64,000 nucleotides of DNA from Bacteroidia bacterium (GCA_022180565.1 BQML01000019.1:19381-83380), one strand, 5' to 3'; shown: positions 11,594-26,541, counted from the stretch's first letter. Notes: generated from the sequence alone by a model not told the origin. Program-made: numbers and translations.

Positions 11594-11902
11594 CTACACT
11601 TTGATCTCAACGTCCACGCCGGCGGGAAGCTCGAGTTTCATCAGGGAGTCCACCGTTTTGTTTGTGGAGTTCAGAATGTCGATCAGCCTCTTGTGGGATC
11701 TCGTTTCAAACTGCTCCCGCGACTTCTTGTCCACGTGAGGCGACCGGTTCACTGTGTAGACGCTCCGTTTGGTCGGCAGGGGAATCGGTCCGGACACGAC
11801 TGCTCCGGTGGACTTCACCGTTTTGATGATCTTTTCTGCCGACTTGTCGATCAGGTTATGATCGTAGGATTTCAGCTTGATTCGAATTCGTTGACCGGCC
11901 AC
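11594..11902 (-). CDS. rpsJ: 30S ribosomal protein S10
   Basis: 102 aa [26 protein letters not shown] (S10 signature). Confidence 0.95.
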   Translation of the reverse strand: MAGQRIRIKLKSYDHNLIDKSAEKIIKTVKSTGAVVSGPIPLPTKRSVYTVNRSPHVDKKSREQFETRSHKRLIDILNSTNKTVDSLMKLELPAGVDVEIKV

Positions 11903-11965
11903 TGGATTATTCCTCTTGAAACAACACGTCCCGCCACTTCATGGTGACGAAGGGCGGGACAGGTA

Positions 11966-13177
<1,212 letters not shown>

Positions 13178-13224
13178 TGGAAGTCTCCTTGAAATGGACG
13201 GGGATCAACAGAATTTGGCTGGGA

Positions 13225-15339
13225 TCAGGCTTCGACCGCTTCCTTGCCCTTTACTTTTTCAATGATTTGCTCGGACACCGATTTGGGTGTCTGTTCATAA
13301 TGCGAGAACTGCATGGTGTACAATGCGCGCCCTTGCGTCATAGACCGAAGGGTCGTGGCATAACCGAACATCTCGGCCAGCGGGACCATGGCCTTCACCA
13401 CCTGGGCATCCTTCCGTGGATTCATACCTTCGATCTTTCCGCGGCGGGAATTCAGGTCTCCCATGACGTCACCGAGATACTCTTCGGGAGTGACCACTTC
13501 TACGGCCATGATCGGCTCGAGCAGCACCGGACCGGCTTTCCTGGCCGCCTCTTTGAACGCCATGGAGCCGGCGATCTTGAACGCCATCTCCGAGGAGTCC
13601 ACAGCGTGGAAAGATCCGTCGAACAGTTTCACCTTGACGTCCTCCACCGGATATCCGGCAAGAACGCCATTGCGCATGGCCTCGACAATGCCTTCCTCGG
13701 TCGGTTTGATGTATTCCTTCGGGACTACACCGCCCACGATGGCATTCTCAAACTCAAATCCCTTGCCTTTTTCATTAGGTTCGAGTTCGATGACCACGTG
13801 CCCGTATTGACCCCGACCGCCGGATTGCCGGACGAACTTGCCTTCGGCCGTGACCTTCTTCGTGATCGTTTCCTTGTACGCCACTTGCGGCTTGCCGACA
13901 TTGGCCTCGACCTTGAACTCGCGCTTCATCCGGTCGATGATGATCTCCAGATGCAACTCTCCCATTCCGCTGATGATTGTCTGCCCGGTTTCCTCGTTTG
14001 AGGAAATGCGGAATGTCGGATCCTCTTCCGCGAGCTTTTGCAGGGCCTCGCCAAGCTTCTCCTGGTCTGCTTTGGTCCGCGGCTCGATGGCAACATCGAT
14101 GACCGGTTCGGGGAACACCATCTTTTCAAGGATAATGGGGTCCTTTTCATCCGTGAGGGTGTCACCCGTTTTTGTATTCTTCAGCCCGATCGCAGCCACG
14201 ATATCTCCGGCGTGAGCTTCGGTAATCTCCTCGCGGTGATTGGCGTGCATGCGAAGGATACGGGCAACGCGTTCTTTGCGCTCCGTTGTTGCATTATAGA
14301 TGTACGAACCCGCCGCCACGGTACCGGAGTAGACGCGGAAATACGTCAGCCGACCCACGAACGGATCGCTCATGATCTTGAACGCGAGGGCCGTAAATTT
14401 TTCCTTGTCGTCGACTTTGCGAATCACGTCATCGTGCCGGTGCGGGTGGTGTCCATGGACCACACCCCCATTGATGTCGAGCGGCGACGGGAGGAATTCG
14501 ACGATGGAATCCAGCAGGAGCTGAACGCCCTTGTTCTTGAATGAGGACCCGCAGAGAACCGGGACAATGGTCACTTTGAGGCAAGCCTGCCTCAGCACCC
14601 TGCGAACCTCTTCGGGAGAAATCTCCTTCCCTTCAAGATACTTCTCGAGCAGGGTATCATCCTCATCGGCCACGGCTTCGAGCATCTTCTGGCGATATTC
14701 ATTCGCACGCGCCTTAAGCGAATCCGGAATATCAATCTCATCCCACGTGGTCCCCTGATTTCCTTCGTGGTACATCCGGGCTTTCATCGTGATGAGATCG
14801 ATGATCCCGGCAAACATGTCCCCTTCGCCGACCGGGAGCTGTACGGGGACGGCGTTTGCTCCGAGGCGGTCCTTCATCATTTGAACGACGCCCAGGAAGT
14901 CTGCTCCCGCTCGATCCATCTTGTTCACGAACGCTACGCGGGGTACGCCGTACTTATCTGCCTGACGCCAGACGGTTTCCGACTGGGGCTCCACACCGCC
15001 GACCGAGCAGAAGAGGGCGACTGCGCCGTCGAGAACGCGCAGGGACCGTTCGACTTCGATCGTAAAATCGACGTGGCCCGGGGTATCGATGATATTAATC
15101 CGATGGTCCCGCCAGAAGCACGTCGTTGCGGCGCTCGTAATCGTGATCCCGCGTTCCTTTTCCTGTTCCATCCAATCCATGGTCGCCGCGCCGTCGTGCA
15201 CTTCACCCATGCGATGGAGGACGCCCGTGTAGAACAGAATGCGTTCCGTCGTCGTGGTTTTCCCGGCATCGATGTGAGCCATGATGCCGATGTTTCTCGT
15301 ACGATCCAATGGATATTCTCTAGGCATAACTTCCTTCAC
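13225..15339 (-). CDS. fusA: elongation factor G
   Basis: 704 aa, [20 protein letters not shown], five EF-G domains. Confidence 0.97.
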   Translation of the reverse strand: MKEVMPREYPLDRTRNIGIMAHIDAGKTTTTERILFYTGVLHRMGEVHDGAATMDWMEQEKERGITITSAATTCFWRDHRINIIDTPGHVDFTIEVERSLRVLDGAVALFCSVGGVEPQSETVWRQADKYGVPRVAFVNKMDRAGADFLGVVQMMKDRLGANAVPVQLPVGEGDMFAGIIDLITMKARMYHEGNQGTTWDEIDIPDSLKARANEYRQKMLEAVADEDDTLLEKYLEGKEISPEEVRRVLRQACLKVTIVPVLCGSSFKNKGVQLLLDSIVEFLPSPLDINGGVVHGHHPHRHDDVIRKVDDKEKFTALAFKIMSDPFVGRLTYFRVYSGTVAAGSYIYNATTERKERVARILRMHANHREEITEAHAGDIVAAIGLKNTKTGDTLTDEKDPIILEKMVFPEPVIDVAIEPRTKADQEKLGEALQKLAEEDPTFRISSNEETGQTIISGMGELHLEIIIDRMKREFKVEANVGKPQVAYKETITKKVTAEGKFVRQSGGRGQYGHVVIELEPNEKGKGFEFENAIVGGVVPKEYIKPTEEGIVEAMRNGVLAGYPVEDVKVKLFDGSFHAVDSSEMAFKIAGSMAFKEAARKAGPVLLEPIMAVEVVTPEEYLGDVMGDLNSRRGKIEGMNPRKDAQVVKAMVPLAEMFGYATTLRSMTQGRALYTMQFSHYEQTPKSVSEQIIEKVKGKEAVEA

Positions 15340-15417
15340 GTTGGGGACACGGTACTGCCGGTCCCCGCCTCGTCATGATCAGTTGTTGTAAGATGCCGCT
15401 GAAGGGTTGAACTGCGA

Positions 15418-15885
15418 TTACCACCGGAAGTGCGCGAAGGCTTTGTTGGCCTCCGCCATCCGATGAACATCTTCCTTCTTCTTTACCGCTCCGCCTTCTC
15501 CGGCGGCCGCCGCGATCAGCTCTGCAGCGAGCTTTTGCGACATGGATTTTTCCGAGCGTTCCTGGGCGTTCGTGATCAGCCAACGGATAGCAAGAGCGGT
15601 TCGCCGCTCGGGGCGAACTTCTGTGGGTACTTGATAGGTAGCACCACCAACCCTGCGTGCCCGAACTTCCAACAGCGGGGAAACATTGTTCACAGCTTTC
15701 CGGAACACATCGATGGATTTGGTTTTGGTTCGTTCCTCAATGACATCGAGGGCCGAATACAGGATCCGGCGCGCCAAATGCTTCTTTCCCCGCTTCAACA
15801 GCGAGTTGATGAACCGGGAGACCAGAATATCCTGATACTTCGGATCAGGCTCGGTGTAACGTTTCCCTGCTCGCTTCTTTCTCAT
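15418..15885 (-). CDS. rpsG: 30S ribosomal protein S7
   Basis: 155 aa MRKKRAGKRYTEPDPKYQDILVSRFIN. Confidence 0.95.
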   Translation of the reverse strand: MRKKRAGKRYTEPDPKYQDILVSRFINSLLKRGKKHLARRILYSALDVIEERTKTKSIDVFRKAVNNVSPLLEVRARRVGGATYQVPTEVRPERRTALAIRWLITNAQERSEKSMSQKLAAELIAAAAGEGGAVKKKEDVHRMAEANKAFAHFRW

Positions 15886-15888
15886 AAG

Positions 15889-16269
15889 TTAGTTTGCGGC
15901 CTTGGGTTTCTTTGCTCCGTACTTCGATCTTCCCTGCTTTCGGTCTTGGACACCTTGCGTATCCAACGTTCCGCGGATGATGTGGTACCGGACACCCGGC
16001 AGATCCTTAACTCTTCCTCCCCGAATCATCACGAGCGAGTGTTCCTGAAGATTGTGTCCCTCTCCCGGAATGTAAGCAATGACCTCTTCGCTATTGGTCA
16101 AGCGAACCTTTGCCACCTTCCTCAGTGCGGAATTCGGCTTTTTCGGCGTTGTCGTGTACACCCGCGTGCACACGCCCCGTTTCTGAGGGCATGATTCAAG
16201 CGCGGGAGACTTACTCTTCCACCGTACGCGCTCACGGCTTTTCCGCACAAGCTGGTTGATTGTCGGCAC
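15889..16269 (-). CDS. rpsL: 30S ribosomal protein S12
   Basis: 126 aa [24 protein letters not shown]...[11 protein letters not shown] (signature). Confidence 0.95.
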   Translation of the reverse strand: MPTINQLVRKSRERVRWKSKSPALESCPQKRGVCTRVYTTTPKKPNSALRKVAKVRLTNSEEVIAYIPGEGHNLQEHSLVMIRGGRVKDLPGVRYHIIRGTLDTQGVQDRKQGRSKYGAKKPKAAN

Positions 16270-16318
16270 TCTGAAGCAACTCCGTTCAAATCGTGAAAAA
16301 ATGCTGAAACAGCTTATA

Positions 16319-16347
16319 AAGGTACGGTATTTCCATCACATTGTCAA
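16319..16347 (-). promoter_or_regulatory. candidate sigma70-like promoter for rpsL-rpsG-fusA-tuf (exact TTGACA -35, 17-nt spacer, weak TACCTT -10)
   Basis: On minus strand: TTGACAatgtgatggaaataccgTACCTT read directly from 16319-16347 reverse complement; lies between rpoC terminator and rpsL. Confidence 0.25.
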
Positions 16348-16357
16348 CGGTAGCCAG

Positions 16358-16405
16358 GTCAAAAACAAACAACAAGCCCCCACCCCTTGGGTTCGGGGTG
16401 GAGGC
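16358..16405 (-). terminator. rho-independent terminator downstream of rpoC
   Basis: Minus strand reads CCACCCC-gaacccaa-GGGGTGG stem-loop followed by GCUUGUUGUUUGUUUUUG U-rich tail, 25 nt after the rpoC stop. Confidence 0.5.
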
Positions 16406-16428
16406 TTGGTCACATGATTGAAGACCGA

Positions 16429-19400
16429 TCAGGATGCGGCTACACGGGTTTTCCGCTTCTTTTTCTTCTGTTCTCCATCATCTCCCGTTTCTGCCGTCTC
16501 ATCTGTCTCCGTTTCCACGGTCGCCGGGGTTTCCACATCTTTTAACGTCACCAGGAGGTCACGGTATTGCTTTTGGCCTGTTCCGGCCGGAATCAGGTGC
16601 CCCATAATCACGTTTTCTTTCAGACCGAGGAGCGGATCGATCTTCGCTTCGATAGCAGCGTCGGTGAGGACTTTGGTTGTTTCCTGGAACGAAGCCGCCG
16701 AAATGAAGCTGTCCGTGGTCAGAGAAGCCTGCGTGATTCCAAGCAAAATCGGCTCCGACGTTGCCGGCAGGGCATCGCGGACCTCCGCGGGTTTCTTGCC
16801 CTTTTTCTTCAGGTCCGCGTTCACCTCGCGGGCCTGCTTCTTCGTCAGCAACTGGCCGGTCTTAAACTTCGAATCGCCCTTGTTGACGACGACCACCTTG
16901 CCACGCACATTGTCGTTCTCGTCGTACAGGCGTCCCTTGTCAACATTGTCTCCTTCAAGGTACGAGGTGTCACCCGGATCAACAATTCGCTCCTTCTGCA
17001 TCATCTGCCGCACGATGATCTCGATGTGCTTGTCATTGATTTTTACGCCCTGCATCCGGTAGACCTCTTGGATCTCGTTCACGAGGTATTCCTGCACGGC
17101 GGTGGTGCCTTTGATGCGAAGGATGTCATGCGGATCAATCGCTCCGGCCGAGAGGCGTTCACCGGCCCGGACAACGTCGTTCTCCTGGGCAAGAATGTGA
17201 CGTCCCAGCGGGATCATGTACGTCCGCTTGTCCTTGCCGTCATGGCTTTCCACGAACACTTCCCGTGAACCGCGTTTCGGCTGACCGATCTTGACGATTC
17301 CATCAATCTCCGTGACAATGGCAGGATCGGACGGATGCCGTGCCTCGAACAATTCCGTGACGCGGGGGAGACCTCCGGTGATATCCCTGGTCTTTCCGAT
17401 ATCGCGCGGAATCTTGACGAGCACGGTTCCGGCCTCGATCTGTTCCCCATCATCCACAATGAGGTGTGCCCTTGTCGGGATCGGATAGTTCGCGACCCTC
17501 TGCCCTTTGGCGTTGACAACGGCAATCGCAGGAATCAGATTGCGTTCCTTGCTGTCGATCACGACCTTCTGGATGTGGCCGGTCTGCTCATCGGGCTCCT
17601 CACGGTAAGTCACGCCTTCCTTCAGATCCACGTACTGGACCGTTCCTCCGCGCTCGGAAATGATAACCGCGTTGTACGGATCCCACTCGTAGATGAGTTC
17701 TCCGCGCTGCACTTCCTGGCCGTCCTTTACCATCAGCGTCGAGCCGTAAGGGACGTCATACTTCGTGAGGATCCGGTTATCCTTGTCGAGAATATTAATG
17801 ATACCGCTTCTTCCCGAAACAACCGTATGCTTGTTCTCGCCGCTTCCGGTTTCGATGGATTTCAAACCGTCGTATTTCACTCGTCCATCGAACTTGGAAA
17901 GAATCTGCGACTGCGATGCGATGAGACTTGCCGTCCCGCCCGTGTGGAAGGTTCTCAGGGTGAGCTGGGTGCCCGGTTCGCCGATGGACTGGGCTGCGAT
18001 GACGCCGACGGCCGTTCCGGCCGCAACCAGCTTCCCGGTCGTGAGGTCCCTTCCGTAACACTTCGCGCAGATGCCGCGTCTCGCTTCGCAGGTGAGCACC
18101 GAACGGATCTCGACGGTCTCGATCGACGTCTCGGAGATCCTCTGCGCCTTGTCCTCATCGATGATCTCGCCGGCTTTGACAAGAATCTCACCGGTGATCG
18201 GATCGGCCACATCGTGCACCGACACACGGCCGAGGATGCGTTCCGTGAGAGGTTCCTTGATATCCTCACCTTCCTTGAGTGCTCCCGTGGGAACACCGAG
18301 GATCGTCCCGCAGTCATCTTCAGCGATGATTGCGTCCTGTGCGACGTCAATCAGCCGCCGCGTCAGATATCCGGCGTCGGCGGTCTTCAACGCGGTGTCC
18401 GCAAGGCCCTTCCGAGCGCCGTGCGTAGAAATGAAGTATTCCAGAATCGACAGGCCCTCACGGAAATTCGCCACAATCGGGTTCTCAATAAGCTCTCCCG
18501 TGGCTCCTGAAAGGCTTTTCTGCGGTTTTGCCATCAGACCGCGCATGCCGGCAAGCTGACGAACCTGTTCCTTGGATCCGCGGGCCCCGGAATCCACCAT
18601 CATATAGAGCGAGTTGAATCCTTCCCGGGAGTGTGACAGCTCGTCAAACAGGCGCTCCGCAATACGGTTGGTGGCGCGAGTCCAGATATCGATGACCTTG
18701 TTGTACCGCTCTCCGTTCGTGATGAACCCGCGGTAGTACTGGTTCTCCACCGCTTCGACATCCTTTTGCGCCTTCGCAACGATGTCGTATTTCTCCTTGG
18801 GAATAGTGACATCGGTGATGGAAACCGAAAGGCCTCCGCGGGTCGCGGAATTGAACCCGAGGTTCTTCAGATTATCGAGGAACATAGCCGTTTCCACCGT
18901 ACCCGCGCGCCGGAAGACCGTGGCGATGATTTGAACCAGGCGCTTCTTGTTCAACAGTTCATTGATGAACGGAAGCCCTTTCGGGACGATCTCGTTAAAA
19001 ATGATCCTTCCCGTGGTCGTTTCAATCAGTTTACCGTCGATGCGGACTTTGATCCTTGCGTGGAGGCCCACCCTGCCCTGATCGTAAGCAATCCGGGCCT
19101 CGGCGGGGCTGGCAAACATCATTCCTTCACCCCGGTCGCCTTCGCGGGACTTGGTGAGGTAGTAGCAACCCAGCACCTGGTCCTGTGTCGGCGTCACAAT
19201 GGGGGCGCCGTTGGCGGGCGAGAGGATGTTATGACTCGAGAGCATCAGGATTCTTGCCTCGAGCTGGGCCTCATAGGACAGCGGGACATGGACCGCCATT
19301 TGGTCCCCATCGAAGTCTGCGTTGAACGCCGTGCAGACCATCGGGTGAATGCGGATGGCCTTTCCCTCGACCAGCACAGGCTGAAACGCCTGGATGCCCA

Positions 19401-20751
19401 GCCGGTGGAGCGTGGGGGCGCGGTTCAACAGAACCGGATGTCCGTCGATGATGTGATCAAGGATGTCCCAGACCTCCGCCCCCTTCTTTTCTACCATCTT
19501 CTTCGCGCTCTTCACCGTCTTCACAAGACCGCGCTCGATGAGCTTGCGAATAATGTGCGGCTTGAAGAGTTCCACGGCCATGTCCTTCGGCAGGCCGCAT
19601 TCATGCAGTTTCAGTTCCGGTCCGACGACGATCACCGAGCGTCCCGAGTAGTCGACGCGCTTGCCAAGGAGGTTTTGGCGGAATCGGCCGTGCTTTCCCT
19701 TCAGCATGTCGGACAGCGACTTCAGTGCGCGGTTATTGTCGCTTCGCACCGCATTGACGCGGCGCGAGTTGTCGAACAGCGAATCCACTGCCTCCTGGAG
19801 CATGCGCTTCTCGTTGCGCAAAATGACCTCGGGGGCCTTGATTTCGATCAGTCTCTTCAGGCGGTTGTTGCGGATGATCACGCGCCGGTACAGATCGTTC
19901 AAGTCCGATGTAGCGAACCGGCCGCCTTCGAGGGGCACCAGCGGACGAAGCTCGGGCGGGATCACGGGGATCACATCCAGCACCATCCATTCGGGCTTGT
20001 TCGGCGCATTAGCTTCACTGCGGCGAAACGCTTCGATAACCCGGAGCCGCTTCAGAGCCTCGGTTTTCTTCTGCACCGAGGTCTCTTCGCTGATTTCTTC
20101 CCGCAGTTGGGCGGCGATCTCCTCGGTGTTCACACGCCGGAGCAGGTCCTTTACCGCCTCTCCGCCCATTTTGGCGATGAACTTCTTCGGGTCCGCATCA
20201 TCCAGCGCGGCATTCTCCTCCGGAAGACTTTGGAGAATCTCCAGATACTGATCTTCCGTGATGAGGTCCATTTTTTCGAGGCCGGTCGTGCCGGGATTGA
20301 TCACCACATAGGACTCGTAGTAGATGATCTTCTCGAGTTCCTTCGTTGAGAGGCCGAGCACATAGCCGATCTTGCTCGGAAGCGAGCGGAAATACCAGAT
20401 GTGCACGACGGGCACTGCAAGCGAGATGTGTCCCATCCGCTCGCGCCGGACGCTCTTCTGCGTTACCTCCACGCCGCACCGGTCGCAGGTGATGCCCTTG
20501 TAACGGATCCTCTTGTATTTTCCGCAATGACATTCCCAATCGCGCACCGGCCCGAAGATCTTCTCGCAGAACAACCCGTCCTTCTCGGGACGGAACGAGC
20601 GGTAGTTGATCGTCTCGGGCTTGGTCACTTCGCCGTGAGACCGCGACAGGATCATGTCCGGCGAGGCCAGACTGACCGTCATCCGTGCGAAGGCGCGCTT
20701 TGCATTTGCGTCAGTTGCTTGAAAAGGCATTGCAATTCCTCCAAGAGACAC
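16429..20751 (-). CDS. rpoC: DNA-directed RNA polymerase subunit beta-prime
   Basis: 1440 aa; [12 protein letters not shown] catalytic motif, zinc finger [23 protein letters not shown]. Confidence 0.97.
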   Translation of the reverse strand: MSLGGIAMPFQATDANAKRAFARMTVSLASPDMILSRSHGEVTKPETINYRSFRPEKDGLFCEKIFGPVRDWECHCGKYKRIRYKGITCDRCGVEVTQKSVRRERMGHISLAVPVVHIWYFRSLPSKIGYVLGLSTKELEKIIYYESYVVINPGTTGLEKMDLITEDQYLEILQSLPEENAALDDADPKKFIAKMGGEAVKDLLRRVNTEEIAAQLREEISEETSVQKKTEALKRLRVIEAFRRSEANAPNKPEWMVLDVIPVIPPELRPLVPLEGGRFATSDLNDLYRRVIIRNNRLKRLIEIKAPEVILRNEKRMLQEAVDSLFDNSRRVNAVRSDNNRALKSLSDMLKGKHGRFRQNLLGKRVDYSGRSVIVVGPELKLHECGLPKDMAVELFKPHIIRKLIERGLVKTVKSAKKMVEKKGAEVWDILDHIIDGHPVLLNRAPTLHRLGIQAFQPVLVEGKAIRIHPMVCTAFNADFDGDQMAVHVPLSYEAQLEARILMLSSHNILSPANGAPIVTPTQDQVLGCYYLTKSREGDRGEGMMFASPAEARIAYDQGRVGLHARIKVRIDGKLIETTTGRIIFNEIVPKGLPFINELLNKKRLVQIIATVFRRAGTVETAMFLDNLKNLGFNSATRGGLSVSITDVTIPKEKYDIVAKAQKDVEAVENQYYRGFITNGERYNKVIDIWTRATNRIAERLFDELSHSREGFNSLYMMVDSGARGSKEQVRQLAGMRGLMAKPQKSLSGATGELIENPIVANFREGLSILEYFISTHGARKGLADTALKTADAGYLTRRLIDVAQDAIIAEDDCGTILGVPTGALKEGEDIKEPLTERILGRVSVHDVADPITGEILVKAGEIIDEDKAQRISETSIETVEIRSVLTCEARRGICAKCYGRDLTTGKLVAAGTAVGVIAAQSIGEPGTQLTLRTFHTGGTASLIASQSQILSKFDGRVKYDGLKSIETGSGENKHTVVSGRSGIINILDKDNRILTKYDVPYGSTLMVKDGQEVQRGELIYEWDPYNAVIISERGGTVQYVDLKEGVTYREEPDEQTGHIQKVVIDSKERNLIPAIAVVNAKGQRVANYPIPTRAHLIVDDGEQIEAGTVLVKIPRDIGKTRDITGGLPRVTELFEARHPSDPAIVTEIDGIVKIGQPKRGSREVFVESHDGKDKRTYMIPLGRHILAQENDVVRAGERLSAGAIDPHDILRIKGTTAVQEYLVNEIQEVYRMQGVKINDKHIEIIVRQMMQKERIVDPGDTSYLEGDNVDKGRLYDENDNVRGKVVVVNKGDSKFKTGQLLTKKQAREVNADLKKKGKKPAEVRDALPATSEPILLGITQASLTTDSFISAASFQETTKVLTDAAIEAKIDPLLGLKENVIMGHLIPAGTGQKQYRDLLVTLKDVETPATVETETDETAETGDDGEQKKKKRKTRVAAS

Positions 20752-20799
20752 TTTGAGTATTCCCCGTCGGGACGGGGGACGGACGGGGAGAGATTCCCG

Positions 20800-23700
20800 T
20801 CATTCAATCTTCACTTCAAGGCCGAGACCCTGCAATTCACGGACCAGAACGTTGAACGATTCAGGCACATTGGGTTCCGGCAGATTTTCACCCTTTACGA
20901 GGGCCTCATAGACCTTGGCCCGGCCCACGACATCATCCGACTTGACGGTCAGGATTTCCTGAAGAACGTGTGCCGCTCCGTATCCCTCGAGCGCCCACAC
21001 CTCCATTTCACCAAACCGCTGGCCGCCGAACTGCGCTTTTCCGCCGAGCGGCTGTTGAGTGATGAGGGAGTAAGGGCCGATGGAGCGCGCGTGGATTTTG
21101 TCGTCGACCAGGTGGGAGAGTTTGAGCATATAGAGGTATCCGACGGTCACCTCCTGATCGAACGGCTCGCCGGTGCGGCCGTCATAGAGAACGGCTTTCG
21201 CGGTCTCGCTCAGCCCGGCCTTCCGAAGCTCCTCCTGAACTTCTTCCCATGTCGCACCGTCAAAGATCGGCGTGGCGTACTTCGTACCCAGTTTCGCGCC
21301 GGCCCAACCAAGCGCCACCTCGAACAATTGGCCGAGGTTCATGCGGGACGGAACGCCGAGCGGGTTCAGGACGATATCCACCGGAGTACCGTCGGCCAGG
21401 AAAGGCATATCCTCCACGGGGACAACCGTGGAAACCACGCCCTTGTTGCCATGCCGTCCGGCCATCTTATCGCCCACGGCGAGCTTTCGCTTCTTGGCAA
21501 CATAGACCTTGGCGAGCTGAACGATACCCGGCGCAAGTTCGTCACCGAGCTGGATTTTGTTCTTTTCGTGACGGTAGAGCTCCTCAATTTCGGTGAGCTT
21601 CTGCCGGTAGTTTTCATAGATCCGCGTGATGATGCCGTTCTTGCGCTTGTCGTCTACCCAGTCCTGATTGTAATCCAGACTGTCCAGGTTGTCCATACCG
21701 AGGAACGTATCTTCCCTCAACGTCGTGGCGCTCCGAATGACGACGTTTCCGTCCGCATCCCTGATCCCCGTTGATTTCTCACCATCGAGGAGCACCCCGA
21801 GTTTGCGGGCCAGTTTTTCCTGCAGTTCCTTGACATCCTTTCTGCGCGAGCGGTCGAGGGCCTCCAGCTTTCGCTTGTCCTCTTTCTTGCTCTCCGTATC
21901 TTTTTTCTTTCTGCTGAAAAGCTTTGTCGCGATGACAATGCCCTTCATCCCCGGAGGCGCTTTCAGCGACGCGTCCTTGACGTCGCCGGCCTTGTCTCCA
22001 AAGATCGCCTTCAGCAACTTCTCTTCCGGCGTCGGGTCTGTTTCGCCTTTTGGTGTAATCTTGCCGATGAGGATGTCGCCTTCATTGACTTCGGCTCCCA
22101 CACGGATGATGCCGTTTTCGTCGAGGTCCTTCGTAGCTTCTTCGCTCACGTTGGGGATTTCCCTCGTCAGCTCTTCCTCACCGCGCTTGGTATCACGCAC
22201 CTGCAGTTCGAATTCTTCGATGTGAATGGACGTAAAGACGTCCTCGGCCACGAGGCGTTCACTGACGATAATGGCGTCCTCGAAGTTATACCCGCGCCAC
22301 GGCATAAAGGCAACGAGAATGTTCCGACCGAGGGCCAGATCACCCTGATCGGTGGCGCACCCGTCTGCGAGCACATCGCCCCGTTTGAACTTCTGACCGG
22401 GTCGAACAACGGGCTTCTGGTTGACGCACGTATCTTGATTCGTTCTGAGGAATTTCGTGAGCTTATACTCCACACGTCGTTTGTCGTCGAAGCTGACGAT
22501 GGCTTCCGTGCTGTTTTCGTCGATATCGTACTGAACGATGATGCTGTCGGCGCTTACAGACTCTACGACACCGTTGCGCTCAGCCACAATCAGGGTTCTG
22601 GAATCCCTTGCAACTTTTTCCTCCAACCCTGTTCCCACGATCGGGGCCTCCGGCTGGAGGAGCGGCACGGCCTGGCGCTGCATGTTCGAGCCCATGAGGG
22701 CGCGGTTGGCATCGTCATGTTCCAGAAACGGGATGAGGGCGGCGGCCGCGCTGACGATCTGGTTCGGAGCGACGTCCATGTACTGAACTTTCTCCGGCTC
22801 TACGACGGGATAATCGCTCTCGTAGCGAGCTTTGACCCGGTCTTCTTTGAAGCGTCCCTTCTCATCGATCGGGGCATTCGCCTGCGCGATCGTGACTTCA
22901 TCCTCGCGTTCGGCGGTCAGATACTCGACCTCTTCGGTCACCTTGCCGTTCTTCACCCGGCGATAGGGTGTTTCAATGAATCCGAAATCGTTGATCCGTG
23001 CATGGATGCAGAGAGACGAGATCAATCCGATGTTCGGCCCTTCCGGAGTTTCGATCGGGCAGAGACGTCCGTAGTGGGTGTAGTGCACGTCGCGGACCTC
23101 AAAACCTGCCCGTTCACGCGTCAGCCCGCCCGGTCCAAGCGCCGAGACGCGCCGCTTGTGTGTCATTTCCGCCAACGGGTTCGTCTGATCCATGAACTGT
23201 GAGAGCTGGTTGGTACCGAAGAACGCATTGATGACGCTTGTGATGGTCCGCGCATTGACGAGGTCCTGCGGCGTCGGCGACTCGTTGTCGCGCAGATTCA
23301 TGCGTTCCCGGATGGTCCGCGTCATGCGCGAGAGTCCGATGTTGAACTGCTGAGCAAGCTGTTCGCCCACGGTACGGACGCGGCGGTTGCCCAGGTGGTC
23401 GATGTCGTCGACGGCTTTCTTTCCTTGCTGGAGGTCGATGAGGTACCGCACAATGGCGATAATGTCCTCTTTGGTCAGCGTCGTCACGTCCTGCGGGATG
23501 TCCAGGCCGAGCTTGGCGTTCAGTCTATGTCGGCCAACATCCCCAAGATCATAGCGCTTGGGATTGAAGAACAGACGGTCGATGAGGTTTTTTGCCGTAT
23601 CCAGATCGGGCGCGTCGCCCGAACGGAGTTGACGATAAATGGCCTCGAGGGCATCTTCTTCCGAACGCGCCGAGTCCCGCATGATCGTATTGGCGATGAC

Positions 23701-24582
23701 CGACACCTCGCTGGCATCTTCGGACTTGAGGAACCGGATCTTGCGAATTTCGGCCTTCTTGATCTGCTTGAGGTGCTCTTCGGTCAGCTTGGAGTCCTTG
23801 TTGATGAACACCTCGCCCGTCTTCTTGTCGAAGACATCGCTGCAAATGGTTCGTCCGATGTAGTCCTTGAGGTTGACCTTGGTTGTATCGACCTCCTCCA
23901 CGACATCGAAGAGCTCGAGAATCGCGTCATCCGAAGAGTATCCAAGGGCGCGCAGGAGTGTCGTGACCGGAAACTTCTTCTTGAGGTCGATGTAAGCGTA
24001 CATCACGTTGTTGATGTCCGTCGAAAACTCGACCCAGGATCCGCGGAACGGAATGATTCGTGCGGAGTACATCATTGTTCCATTCGGGTGGACGGATTCC
24101 GAGAAGAACACACCCGGCGATCGATGGAGCTGGCTGACCACAACTCTCTCGGCGCCGTTGATGATGAACGTGCCGCGATAGGTCATGGCGGGAAGGTTCC
24201 CCAGGTAGACCTCCTGCTCGACCGTATCCGAGAATTCGTTGCTGTCTTCCTTCTTGGCGGAGAGCCGGAGCTTCGCTTTGAGCGGAACAGCATAGGTAAG
24301 TCCTCGTTCCTGACACTCCACGACGGAATACTTGGGTTTCTCCACGTAGTATTCGACAAACTCGAGGAGGAAATTCTCGCGTGCATCCGTGATGGGAAAG
24401 TTGGCCTCAAACACCTGCTGGAGGCCCAATTTTTTCCTTCGGTGAGGCGGGACATCCGCCTGGAGGAATTTGTTGAAGGAATCGATCTGGACGTTCAGGA
24501 GATCGGGAATTTCGACAACAGACGGAATACGGCCGAAGGAAATCCGGCCGGTTCCATTGGATTGGTTCTTCAAGTCAACCAC
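20800..24582 (-). CDS. rpoB: DNA-directed RNA polymerase subunit beta
   Basis: 1260 aa; conserved beta-subunit blocks ([15 protein letters not shown], rifampicin cluster region). Confidence 0.97.
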   Translation of the reverse strand: MVDLKNQSNGTGRISFGRIPSVVEIPDLLNVQIDSFNKFLQADVPPHRRKKLGLQQVFEANFPITDARENFLLEFVEYYVEKPKYSVVECQERGLTYAVPLKAKLRLSAKKEDSNEFSDTVEQEVYLGNLPAMTYRGTFIINGAERVVVSQLHRSPGVFFSESVHPNGTMMYSARIIPFRGSWVEFSTDINNVMYAYIDLKKKFPVTTLLRALGYSSDDAILELFDVVEEVDTTKVNLKDYIGRTICSDVFDKKTGEVFINKDSKLTEEHLKQIKKAEIRKIRFLKSEDASEVSVIANTIMRDSARSEEDALEAIYRQLRSGDAPDLDTAKNLIDRLFFNPKRYDLGDVGRHRLNAKLGLDIPQDVTTLTKEDIIAIVRYLIDLQQGKKAVDDIDHLGNRRVRTVGEQLAQQFNIGLSRMTRTIRERMNLRDNESPTPQDLVNARTITSVINAFFGTNQLSQFMDQTNPLAEMTHKRRVSALGPGGLTRERAGFEVRDVHYTHYGRLCPIETPEGPNIGLISSLCIHARINDFGFIETPYRRVKNGKVTEEVEYLTAEREDEVTIAQANAPIDEKGRFKEDRVKARYESDYPVVEPEKVQYMDVAPNQIVSAAAALIPFLEHDDANRALMGSNMQRQAVPLLQPEAPIVGTGLEEKVARDSRTLIVAERNGVVESVSADSIIVQYDIDENSTEAIVSFDDKRRVEYKLTKFLRTNQDTCVNQKPVVRPGQKFKRGDVLADGCATDQGDLALGRNILVAFMPWRGYNFEDAIIVSERLVAEDVFTSIHIEEFELQVRDTKRGEEELTREIPNVSEEATKDLDENGIIRVGAEVNEGDILIGKITPKGETDPTPEEKLLKAIFGDKAGDVKDASLKAPPGMKGIVIATKLFSRKKKDTESKKEDKRKLEALDRSRRKDVKELQEKLARKLGVLLDGEKSTGIRDADGNVVIRSATTLREDTFLGMDNLDSLDYNQDWVDDKRKNGIITRIYENYRQKLTEIEELYRHEKNKIQLGDELAPGIVQLAKVYVAKKRKLAVGDKMAGRHGNKGVVSTVVPVEDMPFLADGTPVDIVLNPLGVPSRMNLGQLFEVALGWAGAKLGTKYATPIFDGATWEEVQEELRKAGLSETAKAVLYDGRTGEPFDQEVTVGYLYMLKLSHLVDDKIHARSIGPYSLITQQPLGGKAQFGGQRFGEMEVWALEGYGAAHVLQEILTVKSDDVVGRAKVYEALVKGENLPEPNVPESFNVLVRELQGLGLEVKIE

Positions 24583-24688
24583 TCCTTTTGATTTGATTTC
24601 AAACCGCTGCAGAAAACGTTGGTGGGAATGTTCAATGCCGGAACGATCGTTGATGAGGATTCCTCAAGGGTCCCTGTGAATACGGCGT

Positions 24689-24724
24689 AAGCCGATGACC
24701 GCCTCATGGGCGGATCATCGGCTT
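24689..24724 (-). promoter_or_regulatory. strong imperfect hairpin in rplL-rpoB intergenic region (candidate transcriptional attenuator)
   Basis: AAGCCGATGACCGCC-tcatg-GGCGGATCATCGGCTT (15/16 bp stem, one bulge) in the 219-nt rplL-rpoB spacer; no clear U-tract follows. Confidence 0.4.
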
Positions 24725-24801
24725 GGACACGCGGGTTGTTGGAGAAACCCGTTTGTACAACCGTGTACGAAGGCGACAAGTTCCGGCGATCGAACCGTCC
24801 T

Positions 24802-25182
24802 TTACTTCAACTCGACGGTTGCGCCTGCCTCTTCGAGTTCCTTCTTCAGCTTCTCAGCGTCGGCCTTGGAGAGGCCCTCCTTGACGACTTTCGGGGCACC
24901 GTCCACAAGGTCTTTGGCCTCCTTGAGGCCGAGTCCGGTTGCGGCACGGACCACCTTGATCACGTTGATCTTTTGAGCACCGCTGGACTTCAGCTCAACC
25001 GTGAACTCAGTCTTTTCCTCGGCGGGTGCCGCTCCGCCGCCGGCCGCGGGCATGGCGCCTGCCATGACCACCGGGGCCGCCGCCGTGACGCCGAACTTGT
25101 CCTCGAGGGCCTTCTTCAGCTCCGCAGCCTCCAGGAGCGTCAGTTTTTCGATTTTCTCAACGATCTCATTGACGACAGACAT
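24802..25182 (-). CDS. rplL: 50S ribosomal protein L7/L12
   Basis: 126 aa, Ala-rich hinge [27 protein letters not shown] and conserved CTD. Confidence 0.95.
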   Translation of the reverse strand: MSVVNEIVEKIEKLTLLEAAELKKALEDKFGVTAAAPVVMAGAMPAAGGGAAPAEEKTEFTVELKSSGAQKINVIKVVRAATGLGLKEAKDLVDGAPKVVKEGLSKADAEKLKKELEEAGATVELK

Positions 25183-25214
25183 GGTGTTCTCCTTTGAAAG
25201 AAAAATAGTTGCGT

Positions 25215-25739
25215 TCAGGCCGCCTGTTTCTTCTGCGCCACCTGGTCGATAACGCTGACCAGATCGCGGAGCACGGCGTTCACGGCGCCTGCAATACCAG
25301 CGATAGGCGACTGTAGTGAACCGAGGATTCCGGCGATCAGCTCCTTCCGCGACGGCAGTTTTGCAAGCTCATCGAGCCTGGAGCCCTCGAACATCTGTTT
25401 CTCCACAACGGCGATCTTCAGACTCAGTTTGCCGGTCCGATCCGAAAACTTCTTGATGATCTTCGCCGGTACGATCGCGTCGTCATAGCCAAACGCGATT
25501 CCGGTGGGACCCGCGAGACGGTCGGCGACCTGGTCACAGCCGGCCACGTTCTCCAGGGCCTTGCGCGCGAGCGTGTTCTTCACCACGCGGTACTCGACAC
25601 CCGAGTTCCGGAATTCCCTCCGCAGTTCTGTTTCTTCTGCGACGGTCAAACCGGTGAAATCGGCGAAGTACATGGCGGAGGCACGAGAGGCTTTCTCATT
25701 CACCTCGGCGATGATCGCCTCTTTTTCAGAACGTTTCAT
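25215..25739 (-). CDS. rplJ: 50S ribosomal protein L10
   Basis: 174 aa [33 protein letters not shown]. Confidence 0.9.
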   Translation of the reverse strand: MKRSEKEAIIAEVNEKASRASAMYFADFTGLTVAEETELRREFRNSGVEYRVVKNTLARKALENVAGCDQVADRLAGPTGIAFGYDDAIVPAKIIKKFSDRTGKLSLKIAVVEKQMFEGSRLDELAKLPSRKELIAGILGSLQSPIAGIAGAVNAVLRDLVSVIDQVAQKKQAA

Positions 25740-25828
25740 GTTTCACCTTTCCGTGAATCTTCTTGTCCGGTGAGAAGCCCCCGTGACCGGGGCACCGGAC
25801 GGTACCTTGCAGAGTGCGTAAACTTATG

Positions 25829-26524
25829 TCAGTGAGCGGCGATCTCGTTCCGGTCGATTTCGACACTCGGACCCATGGTGGACGAGAGAAACACGCTGCG
25901 GATGTACGTTCCCTTGGCCGATGCAGGCTTCAGCCGGACGACAGTGTTCAGGAACGAATGAACATTCTCCGCGAGCTTTCCCGGTTCAAAATTCGCCTTG
26001 CCGATCGTGGCGTGAAGGATTCCTGCCTTGTCCACGCGAAACTCGATCTTACCGGCCTTGACTTCTTTCACGGCTTTTCCGACATCCATCGTTACCGTAC
26101 CGCTCTTCGGATTCGGCATCAGACCCCGCGGACCGAGGATCTTGCCGAGTTTTCCCAACTCGCCCATCGAATCCGGCGTGGCGATGATGACATCGACATC
26201 CGTCCACCCGCCTTTGATCTTTTCGATGTAGTCCGCAAACCCTACATGATCGGCTCCGGCGGCGCGGGCCTCTTCGTCTTTCGGAGGCTTGGCGATGACC
26301 AGCACACGGACTTCCCTGCCGATGCCGTGGGGGAGGGCGACGGTTCCGCGCACAGCCTGATCGGCCTTCTTGGGGTCGACCCCAAGGCGGACTGCAATAT
26401 CAACAGATTCCGGAAACTTGGCCGTTGCAGTTTCCTTGACAATCCTCACGGCGTCGGCAATGGAGTAGGCTTTTCGTTCGATTTGTTTTGCAATGGCGCG
26501 CAGGCGCTTGCTCTTGCGTTTCAT
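25829..26524 (-). CDS. rplA: 50S ribosomal protein L1
   Basis: 231 aa [31 protein letters not shown]. Confidence 0.95.
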   Translation of the reverse strand: MKRKSKRLRAIAKQIERKAYSIADAVRIVKETATAKFPESVDIAVRLGVDPKKADQAVRGTVALPHGIGREVRVLVIAKPPKDEEARAAGADHVGFADYIEKIKGGWTDVDVIIATPDSMGELGKLGKILGPRGLMPNPKSGTVTMDVGKAVKEVKAGKIEFRVDKAGILHATIGKANFEPGKLAENVHSFLNTVVRLKPASAKGTYIRSVFLSSTMGPSVEIDRNEIAAH

Positions 26525-26541
26525 GACGTGCTCTCGCTGAT

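Noticed and set aside
18766-20349. Long plus-strand ORFs antisense to rpoC, rpoB, tuf, fusA and the L2/L23 genes (527 aa at 18766..20349; also 20401..21774, 23395..24591, 12194..13192, 13171..14001, 9105..10292, 17335..18510)
   Set aside because: Each lies entirely opposite a highly conserved, unambiguous housekeeping gene. High GC suppresses stop codons on the antisense strand. Translations are low-complexity (R/P/G/H-rich) with no recognisable domains.
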